This document shows, piece after piece, positions 9,973-19,219 of a stretch of DNA of 64,000 nucleotides. The translations under genes and the position numbers were made by a program. How positions within the stretch are numbered: the stretch's first letter is position 1; each line of letters starts with the position of its first letter. The DNA is taken from NCBI GenBank assembly GCA_038230375.1, contig JBBRNJ010000004.1, positions 32,001 to 96,000 of the forward strand, given 5' to 3'. The DNA is from Polyangiales bacterium (lineage in GTDB: Bacteria > Myxococcota_A > Polyangia > Polyangiales > Polyangiaceae). The notes below the pieces were generated by a model. That model ran no database searches. It saw only the letters and a program-made list of their open reading frames with translations, and had not been told where the DNA came from.

Positions 9973-10473
9973 TCACTGGCCGCAGACGGTCTTCTTGCGC
10001 GCCTCGTACTGCTGACGGCCCTCGTTCCAGTACTTCTCGTCCGTCTCGTTCTGTGTGCCGACGAGCTGGCTGTCCGTCGCGACGGTGCGGCCCTGGCTGT
10101 CCTGGACGCGGCCCGTCTCCACCTTCTGCACGCCCTCTTCGCGGACGCGGACGCGGAACTTCGCCTTCTGTCCGTCCTTCACGACCAGGATCTTCTCAAG
10201 CTCCTTCTGCGTGCCGTAGCCCTCGACCTGCTTGAACTCGGTCTCGAGCGTGTCGGAGTCCTGGTTCTTCACGGAGTAGCCGGCGAGCACGAGGTTCTTC
10301 TTGATGCTCGCGAGATCGCCCGAGCCGCACGTGGTGAGGTCGGCGACCTGCGTGTCCGGCATGGGCGTGCGCGCGAGGCCCGGGAAGAAGGCCGCGCAGC
10401 CGGTCGCCGCGGACGGCGCAGTGATGGCAAAGAGGGCGGTGGCTGCTGCGAGGAGGATGTTCTTCGTGGACAT
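9973..10473 (-). CDS. Hypothetical lipoprotein
   Basis: MSTKNILLAAATALFA...ATGC signal peptide; GGAG RBS upstream. Confidence 0.7.
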   Translation of the reverse strand: MSTKNILLAAATALFAITAPSAATGCAAFFPGLARTPMPDTQVADLTTCGSGDLASIKKNLVLAGYSVKNQDSDTLETEFKQVEGYGTQKELEKILVVKDGQKAKFRVRVREEGVQKVETGRVQDSQGRTVATDSQLVGTQNETDEKYWNEGRQQYEARKKTVCGQ

Positions 10474-10543
10474 GATCAGTGCTCCGGATGATGGCGAGTT
10501 ACGCCCTCGCGTTCTTGCGAGACGGCGTCGTGCGGTCGCCTTC

Positions 10544-10559
10544 AGCAATGCGCGGGCCA
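10544..10559 (-). promoter_or_regulatory. Sigma-54 -24/-12 promoter
   Basis: Minus strand TGGCCCGCGCATTGCT matches TGGCAC-N5-TTGC spacing, upstream of the lipoprotein gene. Confidence 0.65.
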
Positions 10560-10638
10560 TCGCGGAAACCCTGAAAATTCCGCTGCAGCCGCGTATTCGG
10601 GCCGTTGCTCCGGAACCATTTTTCGCGAACGAGGAGCC

Positions 10639-10660
10639 GCCCGGAAACGAATTTCCGGGC
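10639..10660 (-). terminator. Stem-loop, possible terminator
   Basis: gcccggaaa-cgaa-tttccgggc lies immediately after the stop of 10660..11091; no strong U-tract. Confidence 0.45.
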
Positions 10661-11091
10661 TACTTCTTCCCGAGCTTCTTCTTCAGCGCGGCAAGGTCGT
10701 CGTCGACGGCCTTCTCGAGATCGGCTTCCTTCTGCGCGCGGTCCTTCACGAACTTGTCGTAGTCGCGCGTGAGCGGCTCCTTGGGCTTCGGCGGCGCATC
10801 GCTCTTCGCGCCCTTGCTCTTGGTGCTCGCGTTGTCCTTGGATCGGGCACGTTCACGTTCACGTTCACGGGTTTCGTGGGAGCTCGGCGGCGCTTCGTCG
10901 TCGTCCGATTTTTTGTCGGAGTCGGGACCGAAGATCGCGTTCTCGATCGACTTGCCCATGCTGTCGAGCGCGTTCTTCGCGGTGTCCTTCGTCTTCTGCA
11001 GCGCCATGTCCGCGGCGCGCTCCATGGCCTTCTTCTCCAGCTCGGCCTTCTTCTTCTCGGCGCGGTCCTTCAGCTTGTCCCAGAGTCCCAT
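10660..11091 (-). CDS. Charged coiled-coil hypothetical protein
   Basis: MGLWDKLKD...VDDDLAALKKKLGKK; the C-terminus resembles a PspA-type tail. Confidence 0.7.
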   Translation of the reverse strand: MGLWDKLKDRAEKKKAELEKKAMERAADMALQKTKDTAKNALDSMGKSIENAIFGPDSDKKSDDDEAPPSSHETRERERERARSKDNASTKSKGAKSDAPPKPKEPLTRDYDKFVKDRAQKEADLEKAVDDDLAALKKKLGKK

Positions 11092-11092
11092 G

Positions 11093-12130
11093 TCAGAACG
11101 AGCCTCCGAGCAGCATGCCGTTCGGCGCCGCACCCAGGTGAAGCTTCTCCACGGGTAGCCAAGCGCTCTTCTTCTCCGCCCTGGGCGACAGCACGATCAG
11201 CGTGATGCCGCCGGCGAGCAGGACACCGCCAGCGATGAACGAGACGGTGCTCACGGTGGAGAACGTGCGGCCATCCGACTGCGCAGCGGAGCCAGTGGAG
11301 TCACATCCGATCACTGGACCGGTCGTGGGGCAGTGCGAGTCCGTGACGTTCTTCTTGCCGATCGTCAGCACGCCGAAGACAGAGCCGATGGCGATCCCCG
11401 CGATACCAGCACCGCCAGCGATGAAGCCGACAGTACGCAGCGGGGACGTCTCGCTCGTGGCGCCGCCATCCCCAGTTCCCGCGGACCCGCCTTCGGGCCT
11501 GCCGGTGACCTTCTCGGTGCTGATCTCTCCGAGCTGGACCGTGTAGGCCTCCTTGCCGCCCTCCGCGAGCTTCACAGCGACGGCGAGATCCTTGCGACCG
11601 GGCGACTTGATGACCACGCGATGGTCACCCGGATCCTCTGGCAGCGCGACGCCCAGGCTGGCGACGGAGAGCTCCACGTCGTCCACCGTGATCTTCGTGC
11701 CTTCGGGAAGGGTCTTGTCGGCGCGCAACGTGAGGCGCGCGAGGCGAGGCTCGAGCGCGTCGCGCAGCGTCTTGGCGACCACCTTGCGATCGTCGCCCTC
11801 GGGCAGACCTTCCATGGCGGCCCGTGCGTGCTCCCACGCGAGCGATAGCTTGCCGACCTTCTCCTCCGCGACCGCGAGATTCACGAGCGTACCCGGCGCC
11901 GGATCCAACCGCTGGCTCTCTGCGAACATCGCGCGCGCCTTCTCGAACTCGCCGCGCTTCATCGCCGCGCGACCATCCAGGAAGAACTGCTCGGCGGCCG
12001 GCGACCCCTCGGCCCGCGCCGTCCGCTCGGAGGACAACACTGACACCAGCGTCGCGCATGTCGTGACGAGAAGGAGGCCGGCGCTTGCTGCTGAAGCGCC
12101 GAACACCCTGGTTTTCCGAGCCAAACGCAC
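11093..12130 (-). CDS. Exported TPR + PEGA-like protein with C-terminal hydrophobic segments (myxobacterial type)
   Basis: AEQFFLDGRAAM...FAESQRLDPAPGTLVNLA (TPR); DPGDHRVVIKSPG (PEGA-like); C-terminus ends GGSF. Confidence 0.75.
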   Translation of the reverse strand: MRLARKTRVFGASAASAGLLLVTTCATLVSVLSSERTARAEGSPAAEQFFLDGRAAMKRGEFEKARAMFAESQRLDPAPGTLVNLAVAEEKVGKLSLAWEHARAAMEGLPEGDDRKVVAKTLRDALEPRLARLTLRADKTLPEGTKITVDDVELSVASLGVALPEDPGDHRVVIKSPGRKDLAVAVKLAEGGKEAYTVQLGEISTEKVTGRPEGGSAGTGDGGATSETSPLRTVGFIAGGAGIAGIAIGSVFGVLTIGKKNVTDSHCPTTGPVIGCDSTGSAAQSDGRTFSTVSTVSFIAGGVLLAGGITLIVLSPRAEKKSAWLPVEKLHLGAAPNGMLLGGSF

Positions 12131-12161
12131 GTCTCAGGTATACCATCGGCCTCGCGTCGAC

Positions 12162-14042
12162 ATGTCATCGAAAAAGACCGCTGCGCACTTCGTCGTTCTC
12201 ACCGCGTCCTCGGGTCGGGCCATCACGTCCGCCGCAGGCACGCTGCCTGGTGGCGTGTCGTTCTTCCCGCTGGACGCTGAAGTCGTGCGCATCGGCGCGG
12301 CTCCGGAGGCGGAGCTGTTCCTGTCGGACCCGGAGCTCTCGGGCATCCACGCCCGCGTGGAGCAGCGCGAGGAGGGCTACGTCCTTGTGCGCGAGCAGAA
12401 CCCGCTGCTCGTGAATGGCATGCGTGTGCGCGTGCACGTGCTGGCGCCGTTCGACATGGTCGTCATCGGAAAGAACGCGCTCTCGTTCCGCACGGGACCG
12501 CCGCCAAGCCTCGACGGCGTGGGCGGCTCGGTGTCTGCCGGCGCGGTCTCCGGAGCTCCGGCCGGGACACCGCGCGCCGGCGCACCGTCACACCTGGATG
12601 CGATCCGCAGGCTGACCACGTTCGCGGCGCGCGCGCAGGAAGGTGAGAACCCTGCCATCCTCGCCGAGCGCCTCATGGGCGACCTGCTTGCGCTCACCGG
12701 CGCCACGCGCGGAACGCTCGTTCGCCTCTCCCAGGACGAGGACCCGGTGAGCCTGGTCGCGTGCACGCAGGGCAGCTTCTCTGGTGGCGAGGTCGTCGTG
12801 AGCCGCACGCTGCTCGCGAATATGCGCGCGCTCGGCCAGCCGCTGTTCGTGGAGAACACGCTCACCGATCCGGATCTGGTCGGCGCTGCAAGCATCGCAG
12901 GCGAGCCCGCGCTCTCCGCGCTCTGCGCGCCCATCTTCTCCGAGGGTCGTATCGTCGGTGCGATCTACTTCTCGGCCCGCGCAAGCTCGCGCATGAACCG
13001 CGATGCGCTCGAGCTCGTGGAGCTCTACGCCACGCACGCGGTCTCCATCCTGGAGAGCGAGCGGAAGCAAGCGCGTCTCCGCGAGCGCTTGGATCTGCTC
13101 GGTGAAAAGAAGGACGACGACAGCCTCATCGTGGGCGACAGCGAGCCCATCCACGCGCTGAAGAAGATGCTGCGCAAGGTCTCCGGCTCGCGCGCGCCGG
13201 TGCTGGTGACGGGTGAGACGGGCACCGGCAAGGAGCTCGTTGCAAAGGAGATCCACCGGCTCTCCTTGCGCGCGCGCGGTCCGTTCGTCGCCGTGAACTG
13301 CGGCGCGATCCCGCACGAGCTCCTGGCGAGTGAGCTCTTCGGCCACAAGCGTGGCGCGTTCACCGGGGCAAGCGCGGATCGCCTTGGCTTCTTCCGCAGC
13401 GCGGAGGGCGGCACGTTGTTCCTGGACGAGGTGGGCGAGATGCCGCTCTCGCAGCAGGTGTCTCTGCTCCGCGTGCTGCAGGAAGAGCGCGTCTCGCCCG
13501 TGGGCTCGGAGGACAGCGTGGCGGTGGACGTGCGCGTGGTCTGCGCCACGAACCGCAACCTCCAGGAAGAGGTACAGACCGGCCGCTTCCGTCAGGACCT
13601 GTACTTCCGCCTGGCCGTGGTCGAGGTGCGCCTGCCGCCGCTTCGTGAGCGCCCGGGCGACGTGCTCCGGCTCGCGCAGCACTTCCTGCGCCGCTTCGCG
13701 AAGGAGCATGGCAACACGGCGCTCACCTTCTCCGACGACGCGCTCGTCGCGCTGCAACGCGCGCGCTGGGAGGGCAACGTACGCGAGCTCGAGGCCAGCA
13801 TTCGCCGCGCGGTGCTCATGACGGAGGACAACAACATCGGCGCGCGCGAGCTCGGGCTCGTGGCACCGAACCGGGGCAGCATGCCGCCCGCCCCGCTGGT
13901 CCGCCCGCTCTCCATGGCGCGTGACGAGTTCCTGCGCGGCTATGTCCGCGAGGTCGTCGACCGCTTCGGAGGCAACCGCACCGCCGCCGCCGACGCCCTC
14001 ATGGTCAGCGCACGAACCGTCTTCAAGTACATGGATGAGTGA
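12162..14042 (+). CDS. FHA-GAF-AAA+ sigma-54 enhancer-binding protein
   Basis: FHA-like (LSGIHAR, LVNG); GAF; GETGTGKE, GAFTGA, LFLDEVGE, WEGNVREL; C-terminal HTH. Confidence 0.9.
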   Translation: MSSKKTAAHFVVLTASSGRAITSAAGTLPGGVSFFPLDAEVVRIGAAPEAELFLSDPELSGIHARVEQREEGYVLVREQNPLLVNGMRVRVHVLAPFDMVVIGKNALSFRTGPPPSLDGVGGSVSAGAVSGAPAGTPRAGAPSHLDAIRRLTTFAARAQEGENPAILAERLMGDLLALTGATRGTLVRLSQDEDPVSLVACTQGSFSGGEVVVSRTLLANMRALGQPLFVENTLTDPDLVGAASIAGEPALSALCAPIFSEGRIVGAIYFSARASSRMNRDALELVELYATHAVSILESERKQARLRERLDLLGEKKDDDSLIVGDSEPIHALKKMLRKVSGSRAPVLVTGETGTGKELVAKEIHRLSLRARGPFVAVNCGAIPHELLASELFGHKRGAFTGASADRLGFFRSAEGGTLFLDEVGEMPLSQQVSLLRVLQEERVSPVGSEDSVAVDVRVVCATNRNLQEEVQTGRFRQDLYFRLAVVEVRLPPLRERPGDVLRLAQHFLRRFAKEHGNTALTFSDDALVALQRARWEGNVRELEASIRRAVLMTEDNNIGARELGLVAPNRGSMPPAPLVRPLSMARDEFLRGYVREVVDRFGGNRTAAADALMVSARTVFKYMDE

Positions 14043-14104
14043 GCCAACCACGGTGGTGAAACACTTTGATTGGAACCTTCCAGTCGCCAAGATGTCGTCT
14101 CCAC

Positions 14105-15412
14105 ATGCGCGCGGTTTCGGCTGGCCTATCGATTCTTCTCGTTCTCGCGGTTTCGTGGAGTGCCGCGGCTGACGTACCGGCGGGGCCGATGCCCGCGCCG
14201 GTCAGTGCCGCCGAGGTTTGTAGGCGTGGGGAGGCGCTTCGTGGCGTCGCCGAGTATGCGTTGGCGGCGGATGCGCTGACGCAGTGTGCTCGGTCATTTC
14301 CTGCAGAGGCGCGCGGCAAGACGGCGCTCTCGGACGCGCTGGTGCTGCGGCTTGGGCTCGGTGAGGACGTGGAGGCGATGCGCCTGGCCGGCGAGTTCGT
14401 CAAGATATACGGCGCGACGGATCATACGCGCGCGGCGACCGTCATCTTCGCGGCCGCGGCGCATCAAGGAGAAAAAGCGCGCTGGCGCGAGGCAGGCGAG
14501 ATCTTGTCGCGGAATCAGCGCCTCATCGACGACGCGCCGATCGACATCCGTCTCCAGGCGCGGCTCCTCGTGGGGCGCGCGCAGCTTCACGGCCCAACGC
14601 CCGATCGCGGATACGCGGAGCTCCAGACCGCGCTCTCGATGTACGGCAACGGCGGCGCGCTCGGGGACATGATCGCGATTGCCTATCCCACCGAAGACGA
14701 GGGCCAGCGCATGCGCCGCATCGGCAAATCGCTCAACGCAGTCGGCGACGCGCTCGTGCTGCTTGCCGATCGCGACCGAGAGAAGAGCCTGGCTTCGCAA
14801 CGGCCGCCCGTCTACGCGGGAGCGCGCACCGTGGACGCGCTTCATCACCACCTCACGACGGCCGTGCCCGAATGGATGAAGCGGCGGCGCGCGGCGATCG
14901 AGGAGCGGGAGAGGCAATACACCAGCGTGCTCGAGATGCGCCCTGTGCCGCCACCGAAGGCCGTGATCGCTGCAGCGGGGGCTGTCGGGAAGATGTGGGC
15001 CGACTACGCGGACGACCTTGCGCGCCTCGTCCCGCTCGACGTGTACCCAGTGACGCGCGTCGCTGGCACGCCGGCCACGACACCCACGCGGGCGGAGGCA
15101 CGCGCGGCGCTCGACGAGGTGCGCGGGCCGATCCTCCAGCGCCAGGCGCTCCCCGCGATGCGCAAGTGCGTCTCGCTGTCGGTGAAGTACCAGTACACGG
15201 ACGAGCGGTCGCAAGGCTGCGAGGCGTGGCTGACGAAGAACGATCCGGAGACACGGCCGCGTTCGGAGCTCGCGCCCCAGCCGCGGGCGTACGGTGGGCT
15301 GTGGACGAGGGACGAGCCGTCGACCTCGACCCCAACTTCGACTTCGACTTCGACTTCGACTTCGACCCCGACCCCGACCTCGACCTCGACCCCGACCTCG
15401 ACCCCGTGGTAG
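14105..15412 (+). CDS. Exported TPR protein resembling the C-terminal part of AgmU/GltD-type gliding proteins; ends in an in-frame Ser/Thr repeat
   Basis: Signal peptide; TPR-like helices; PPPKAVIAAAGAVGKMW...KCVSLSVKYQYTDERSQGCEAWL. Confidence 0.55.
   Translation: MRAVSAGLSILLVLAVSWSAAADVPAGPMPAPVSAAEVCRRGEALRGVAEYALAADALTQCARSFPAEARGKTALSDALVLRLGLGEDVEAMRLAGEFVKIYGATDHTRAATVIFAAAAHQGEKARWREAGEILSRNQRLIDDAPIDIRLQARLLVGRAQLHGPTPDRGYAELQTALSMYGNGGALGDMIAIAYPTEDEGQRMRRIGKSLNAVGDALVLLADRDREKSLASQRPPVYAGARTVDALHHHLTTAVPEWMKRRRAAIEERERQYTSVLEMRPVPPPKAVIAAAGAVGKMWADYADDLARLVPLDVYPVTRVAGTPATTPTRAEARAALDEVRGPILQRQALPAMRKCVSLSVKYQYTDERSQGCEAWLTKNDPETRPRSELAPQPRAYGGLWTRDEPSTSTPTSTSTSTSTSTPTPTSTSTPTSTPW
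15320..15406 (+). repeat. (NNCGAC)n hexamer array A
   Basis: tcgacc/tcgact/ccgacc units; encodes STSTPT at the end of the ORF. Confidence 0.95.
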
Positions 15413-15505
15413 TCAGGGAGCGTCTTTCGAGTGGGAAGTCGGTGTGAATCCGACGCGGTGCCGCCACTGTGACCGGGTAGCCGGGAGCCAGAGCAATCTC
15501 GAACG
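15410..15505 (+). ncRNA. Cobalamin (B12) riboswitch
   Basis: GGGAAgtcGGTGtgAATCCgacgCGGtgCCGCCACTGTGA...GGGAGCCAGA B12-box elements; flanking ttcgag/ctcgaa can pair. Confidence 0.85.
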
Positions 15506-15592
15506 GTGGGTCTTTTTTCGATTGGTTGCATAGTGCACACAATTGTGGAGGCCCTCTCCTTTGCCGCGCGAGCCACGCGGTTCGAGGTCTCC

Positions 15593-16396
15593 GTGAAGAA
15601 GCTCTGCTACCCCGCCCTCTCGCTCTCGTCGTTCGCTGCCCTGCTCGTCGCCTGCAGCGGCAGTAGCTCGGGTGGTGGGAATACCGCCGACGCCGGCATC
15701 GTCGATCTTGGCGGCGACGGATCCACCCTGGGGTTCGTTGACGGTGGGGGACCGGTCGTCCAGCATCCGACCGATGGTGGCTTCGCGACAGCCGATGGAG
15801 GTGTCGTGCGCGCGGACCGCTTCGTGATCAAGGTGGAGTCGGTGACGTACGGTCCGTGCGCGGGCTTCGGTCAGGCGCAGCTTCCCGGCGTGGTCCAGGG
15901 GCCGCCGCTGGGCGGTGGTGACCTGCACGGAAGCCTGGACGTGCTGTCGCTCGGCACGGGCGGCCAGATCGTCCTCTCATTCGGTGACAACGCGATAGAG
16001 GACGGCCCTGGACCCGACTTCATCGTCTTCGAGAACCCGTTCAATGCGGGAAGCGGCCCGAACGGCGCTCTGTTCGCGGAGCCCGGCGAGGTGAGCGTGA
16101 GCGCCGACGGCACCACGTGGAAGACCTATCCGTGCACGGCCACCGCTGCCCCCTACGGCGCATGCGCCGGCTGGCATCCGGTGTATTCTACACCTGACAA
16201 TGGACTCTCGCCGTTCGACCCTGCTGCGAGCGGCGGCGGCGGTGACGCATTCGACCTCGCGGACGTCGGGCTCACCGAGGTACGCTTCGTGCGCATCGTG
16301 GACAAGACCTCGGGGGCATGTGCCATGGGCAGCAGCATCGACACCAACGGCTTCGACCTGGACGCGATCGCGATCGTCCACGCAAAGACTCCATGA
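15593..16396 (+). CDS. Cell-surface lipoprotein, probably B12-related (BtuH-like domain)
   Basis: Lipobox LLVAC; SLGTGGQIVLSF...DFIVFENPF...EPGEVSVS...GGDAFDL...GFDLDAI; directly downstream of the riboswitch. Confidence 0.6.
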   Translation: MKKLCYPALSLSSFAALLVACSGSSSGGGNTADAGIVDLGGDGSTLGFVDGGGPVVQHPTDGGFATADGGVVRADRFVIKVESVTYGPCAGFGQAQLPGVVQGPPLGGGDLHGSLDVLSLGTGGQIVLSFGDNAIEDGPGPDFIVFENPFNAGSGPNGALFAEPGEVSVSADGTTWKTYPCTATAAPYGACAGWHPVYSTPDNGLSPFDPAASGGGGDAFDLADVGLTEVRFVRIVDKTSGACAMGSSIDTNGFDLDAIAIVHAKTP

Positions 16397-17241
16397 CCCA
16401 CCCGCGCACGCTTGCGATGACAGTTCTTCTCGTGGGCGTGGGCGTGGGCTGCGCGATGCCGAACAAGGCGCCCGTGAATGGCTTTCTCTTCACGCATGTG
16501 AAGAGCGGCGACAACGTGACGGGCAACACACTCGAGGAGCGCAGCGTGAAGGGGTGCGCGTCATCGCTGCTGGGAGTGTTCGCATGGGGCAACGCTTCGG
16601 TCGCTGGGGTGGCGGGCAACTCCACGCAGGTGAGCGTGGTGGACTCCGACGAGCTCGGCGTCCTTGGCATCTACGCGCGTCACTGCACCATCGTGCACGC
16701 AGGCAGCAGCGAGATCGCGCTCGAGGACGAGCCCGAGGATCCCGCGACGATGCCGCAGCCGCCGAAGGTGAAGTACTACGCGGAGGGCACGCCGCAGCCA
16801 GGCGATCCTGCGCAGTCCGACATCCCGCCGGGCACAGCGCAGCCTGGGTCGACGGACCCGAAGCTGTCGTGGGGAAAGACGCCGCCGCCGGAGGCTCCCA
16901 CCGTTGCAACGCCTGCCGGGTGGCCGCCGGCCGTGGGTATCGCGGACCGCACCGCGTGCACGCTGGTGTGCATGGAGAACGGCGCCTCGGTGGAAGGCGC
17001 ACAGGTCGAGGTGGTGATCAACAAGCAGCTGGGCGCGTTGCGTGCCTGCGCGCTCCACGCAATGGAGTACCACGCAGTCTCTGCAGCGGTGACCTTCGGG
17101 CAGGACGGACGGATGACGATGAGCGTGAACACCCACGGCCTGAAGCCGCAGATGCGCGACTGTGTGGCTCAGATCCCGGCGCCCGGCTACTTCCACGGCC
17201 CGGCCAACACCCGGTGGAAGTGTACCGACTACTGCAGGTAG
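16393..17241 (+). CDS. Lipoprotein with an N-terminal TRL-like domain and a C-terminal six-Cys domain
   Basis: ATGA overlap; GVGC lipobox; GFLFTHV...KGCASSLLGVFAWGNAS...VLGIYARHCTIV. Confidence 0.65.
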   Translation: MTHPRTLAMTVLLVGVGVGCAMPNKAPVNGFLFTHVKSGDNVTGNTLEERSVKGCASSLLGVFAWGNASVAGVAGNSTQVSVVDSDELGVLGIYARHCTIVHAGSSEIALEDEPEDPATMPQPPKVKYYAEGTPQPGDPAQSDIPPGTAQPGSTDPKLSWGKTPPPEAPTVATPAGWPPAVGIADRTACTLVCMENGASVEGAQVEVVINKQLGALRACALHAMEYHAVSAAVTFGQDGRMTMSVNTHGLKPQMRDCVAQIPAPGYFHGPANTRWKCTDYCR

Positions 17242-17285
17242 ATCCGCGTTCGGCACGCTCGCGAGAAACCGGTGCCGCAGCTAGC

Positions 17286-17885
17286 TCACTGGCAGTAGTC
17301 CGCGCACTTCCAGTGCGTGTTCAAGGGGCCCTTGAAGAAGGAGGGCGACGGGATACGTGCCATGCAATCCTGCATCGGGCGACGCACGCTCCCCGTTTCG
17401 ATCGTGAACGTGAGCTTCCCGTCGGGGCCGAACGTCGCGTCGGACTGGACGACACGGTTCTCGCTGCTCGACCGCGCGCACTGCCTGATAGCCCCGAGCT
17501 GCTTCGAGAGATGGCGCTCCAGATCACCGCTGTCGACGGCCTGCGCGTTGTTCATGCAACGATAGGAGCAGGCCGTGCGATCGGCCAGACCAACACTCGC
17601 TGGCCACGCGGCGGGAACGGCGGTTGGGGTCGGGTTTGGTGTCGGGGTGGCGGTCGCGGTTGCAGGCGGGGTGGACGTTGTGTCCACGATCGCGGTCGCT
17701 GTCGCTCCGTCCGCGGCGCCGCCATCCAGTTCCGCCACGGGTGCCTCGGTCAGTGTCGCCGCTGGTTTCACCGTGCGGCCAGTCGCGGGCCGTTGGGGCT
17801 GCGCGCCGGTGCCGCAGCCCACCAGAGCAACGATGCCGATGCAGACGACGCGCTTCGTGATGCCCGACGGCCGAACTCTCTTCAT
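17286..17885 (-). CDS. Lipoprotein carrying a paralog of the six-Cys C-terminal domain
   Basis: LVGC lipobox; WPASVGLADRTAC...KQLGAIRQC...FKGPLNTHWKCADYCQ. Confidence 0.7.
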   Translation of the reverse strand: MKRVRPSGITKRVVCIGIVALVGCGTGAQPQRPATGRTVKPAATLTEAPVAELDGGAADGATATAIVDTTSTPPATATATPTPNPTPTAVPAAWPASVGLADRTACSYRCMNNAQAVDSGDLERHLSKQLGAIRQCARSSSENRVVQSDATFGPDGKLTFTIETGSVRRPMQDCMARIPSPSFFKGPLNTHWKCADYCQ

Positions 17886-17902
17886 CAATCCAATCCTTCC
17901 AT

Positions 17903-19219
17903 TCACGGCGAGAGCTGGGCGCGATAGACGCCCTCGCTCTGGTCCGGCCCGCTCTGCGCGGCGGTAGTGTAGGCGAACGCGGGATCGAGCGCGATCGGCG
18001 AAGAACTCGAGAGACGGGGATGAATCGTAGCGGGACTCACGGTGCCGGAGACATCCACTGCGGCGAGCACGTTGATCGGTGTACCCGACGGGAGGTGCTC
18101 ACCGTAGAGAAGATAGAGCGTGCTTGCCGTGAGGCCGGTGCCTCCCGAGCCGATCAGCAGCGGAAACGTGACCAGCGAGCTGGATACAGGCGGATGCGCG
18201 ATGAGGCGCGCGCGGGTGGCGCCGTCCTTCGCGGAGGCGTAGATGCCGGCGATCGCCGATGCGTCCATCGTTCGGTCCACGCCGAACCAGTATGTGTTCG
18301 TGGCGTCCACGCCGATGACGTGACCGAACGTGGTGGCAAGATTGGTGATGGCACCGCCCTCGTCGCACGCAACGCGCACAGCGGGGGTCACGGGGCTGCC
18401 GAAGCCGAAGTAGACCGCGGTGTCATCCGCGACGCCGTATGCAACGCCGGTGGTCTGTGTGAGGTCGTGCACAGTGCCGTTCGAACAGACCGTGCGAATG
18501 ACTCCGATGACGGGCGAGAACACGCGCGCGACCGACGCGCCCTGGCGGACGAGCACGTGCGGAAGTGCGCCAGCGCCCAGGTCGTCCACGAGCGTGGCCA
18601 CGTTCGTCGCGTAGTCGTAGTGCTTCACGAGCAGATGACCGGAGACGGGGCTCTCGAAGTAGTAGACGCCGCCACGCCCGTCGGCTGTGGGCGCAAGCGT
18701 GGGGGCGATGGAGACTGCGCGCGTGTTTCCGGTGGGGTCTCCGAGATCGATCGCGCTGATGGGCGTGCCAATCGCAGCAGGTAGATCTGCGTAGAGCACC
18801 GAGCCTGAGAGGACGAGCTCCGCGGGGCTGGACGGAAATCGCCCCACGCCTGTGCGCCCGAGGTCCACGCAGATGCCCTGGACGCACGCACCCGAGATGT
18901 TCTCGGAGGTCGCGGAGCACGCGAGCCCGCAGCCTCCGCAGTTCTGCGGATCCCACGCGGAAGCCGTACACGAGCCGTTGCAGCAAGCGCCGCCGTCACC
19001 GCATGCGATCGCCGCGCACGATGCTTCGTCGCCGTTGATGACGATGCCCGTCTCCGTACTTGCGTCGGTGAGGAGCACGCGCGGGGGCACCGGCTCTTCG
19101 TCCGTGGACGGATCGCAGGCCACGAATGCGACGAGCAGCGAGACGGCGATCGACCCGAGGGCGATCGCGACGCGCTCACTCTTCCGAGTCGGGGTCCGTG
19201 GGCTTGGGCTTCTGTGCAT
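17903..19219 (-). CDS. Lipoprotein with a Cys-rich motif and a probable beta-propeller (start uncertain)
   Basis: FVAC lipobox; DPQNCGGCGLAC motif; repeats such as ADDTAVYF and VDATNTYW. Confidence 0.65.
   Translation of the reverse strand: MHRSPSPRTPTRKSERVAIALGSIAVSLLVAFVACDPSTDEEPVPPRVLLTDASTETGIVINGDEASCAAIACGDGGACCNGSCTASAWDPQNCGGCGLACSATSENISGACVQGICVDLGRTGVGRFPSSPAELVLSGSVLYADLPAAIGTPISAIDLGDPTGNTRAVSIAPTLAPTADGRGGVYYFESPVSGHLLVKHYDYATNVATLVDDLGAGALPHVLVRQGASVARVFSPVIGVIRTVCSNGTVHDLTQTTGVAYGVADDTAVYFGFGSPVTPAVRVACDEGGAITNLATTFGHVIGVDATNTYWFGVDRTMDASAIAGIYASAKDGATRARLIAHPPVSSSLVTFPLLIGSGGTGLTASTLYLLYGEHLPSGTPINVLAAVDVSGTVSPATIHPRLSSSSPIALDPAFAYTTAAQSGPDQSEGVYRAQLSP

Noticed and set aside
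11553..12161. N-terminal extension of the FHA-EBP as given in the ORF track (similar extensions at 4230, 36182, 43332, 31398)
   Set aside because: Each extension overlaps a neighbouring real gene; downstream starts fit the domain boundaries.
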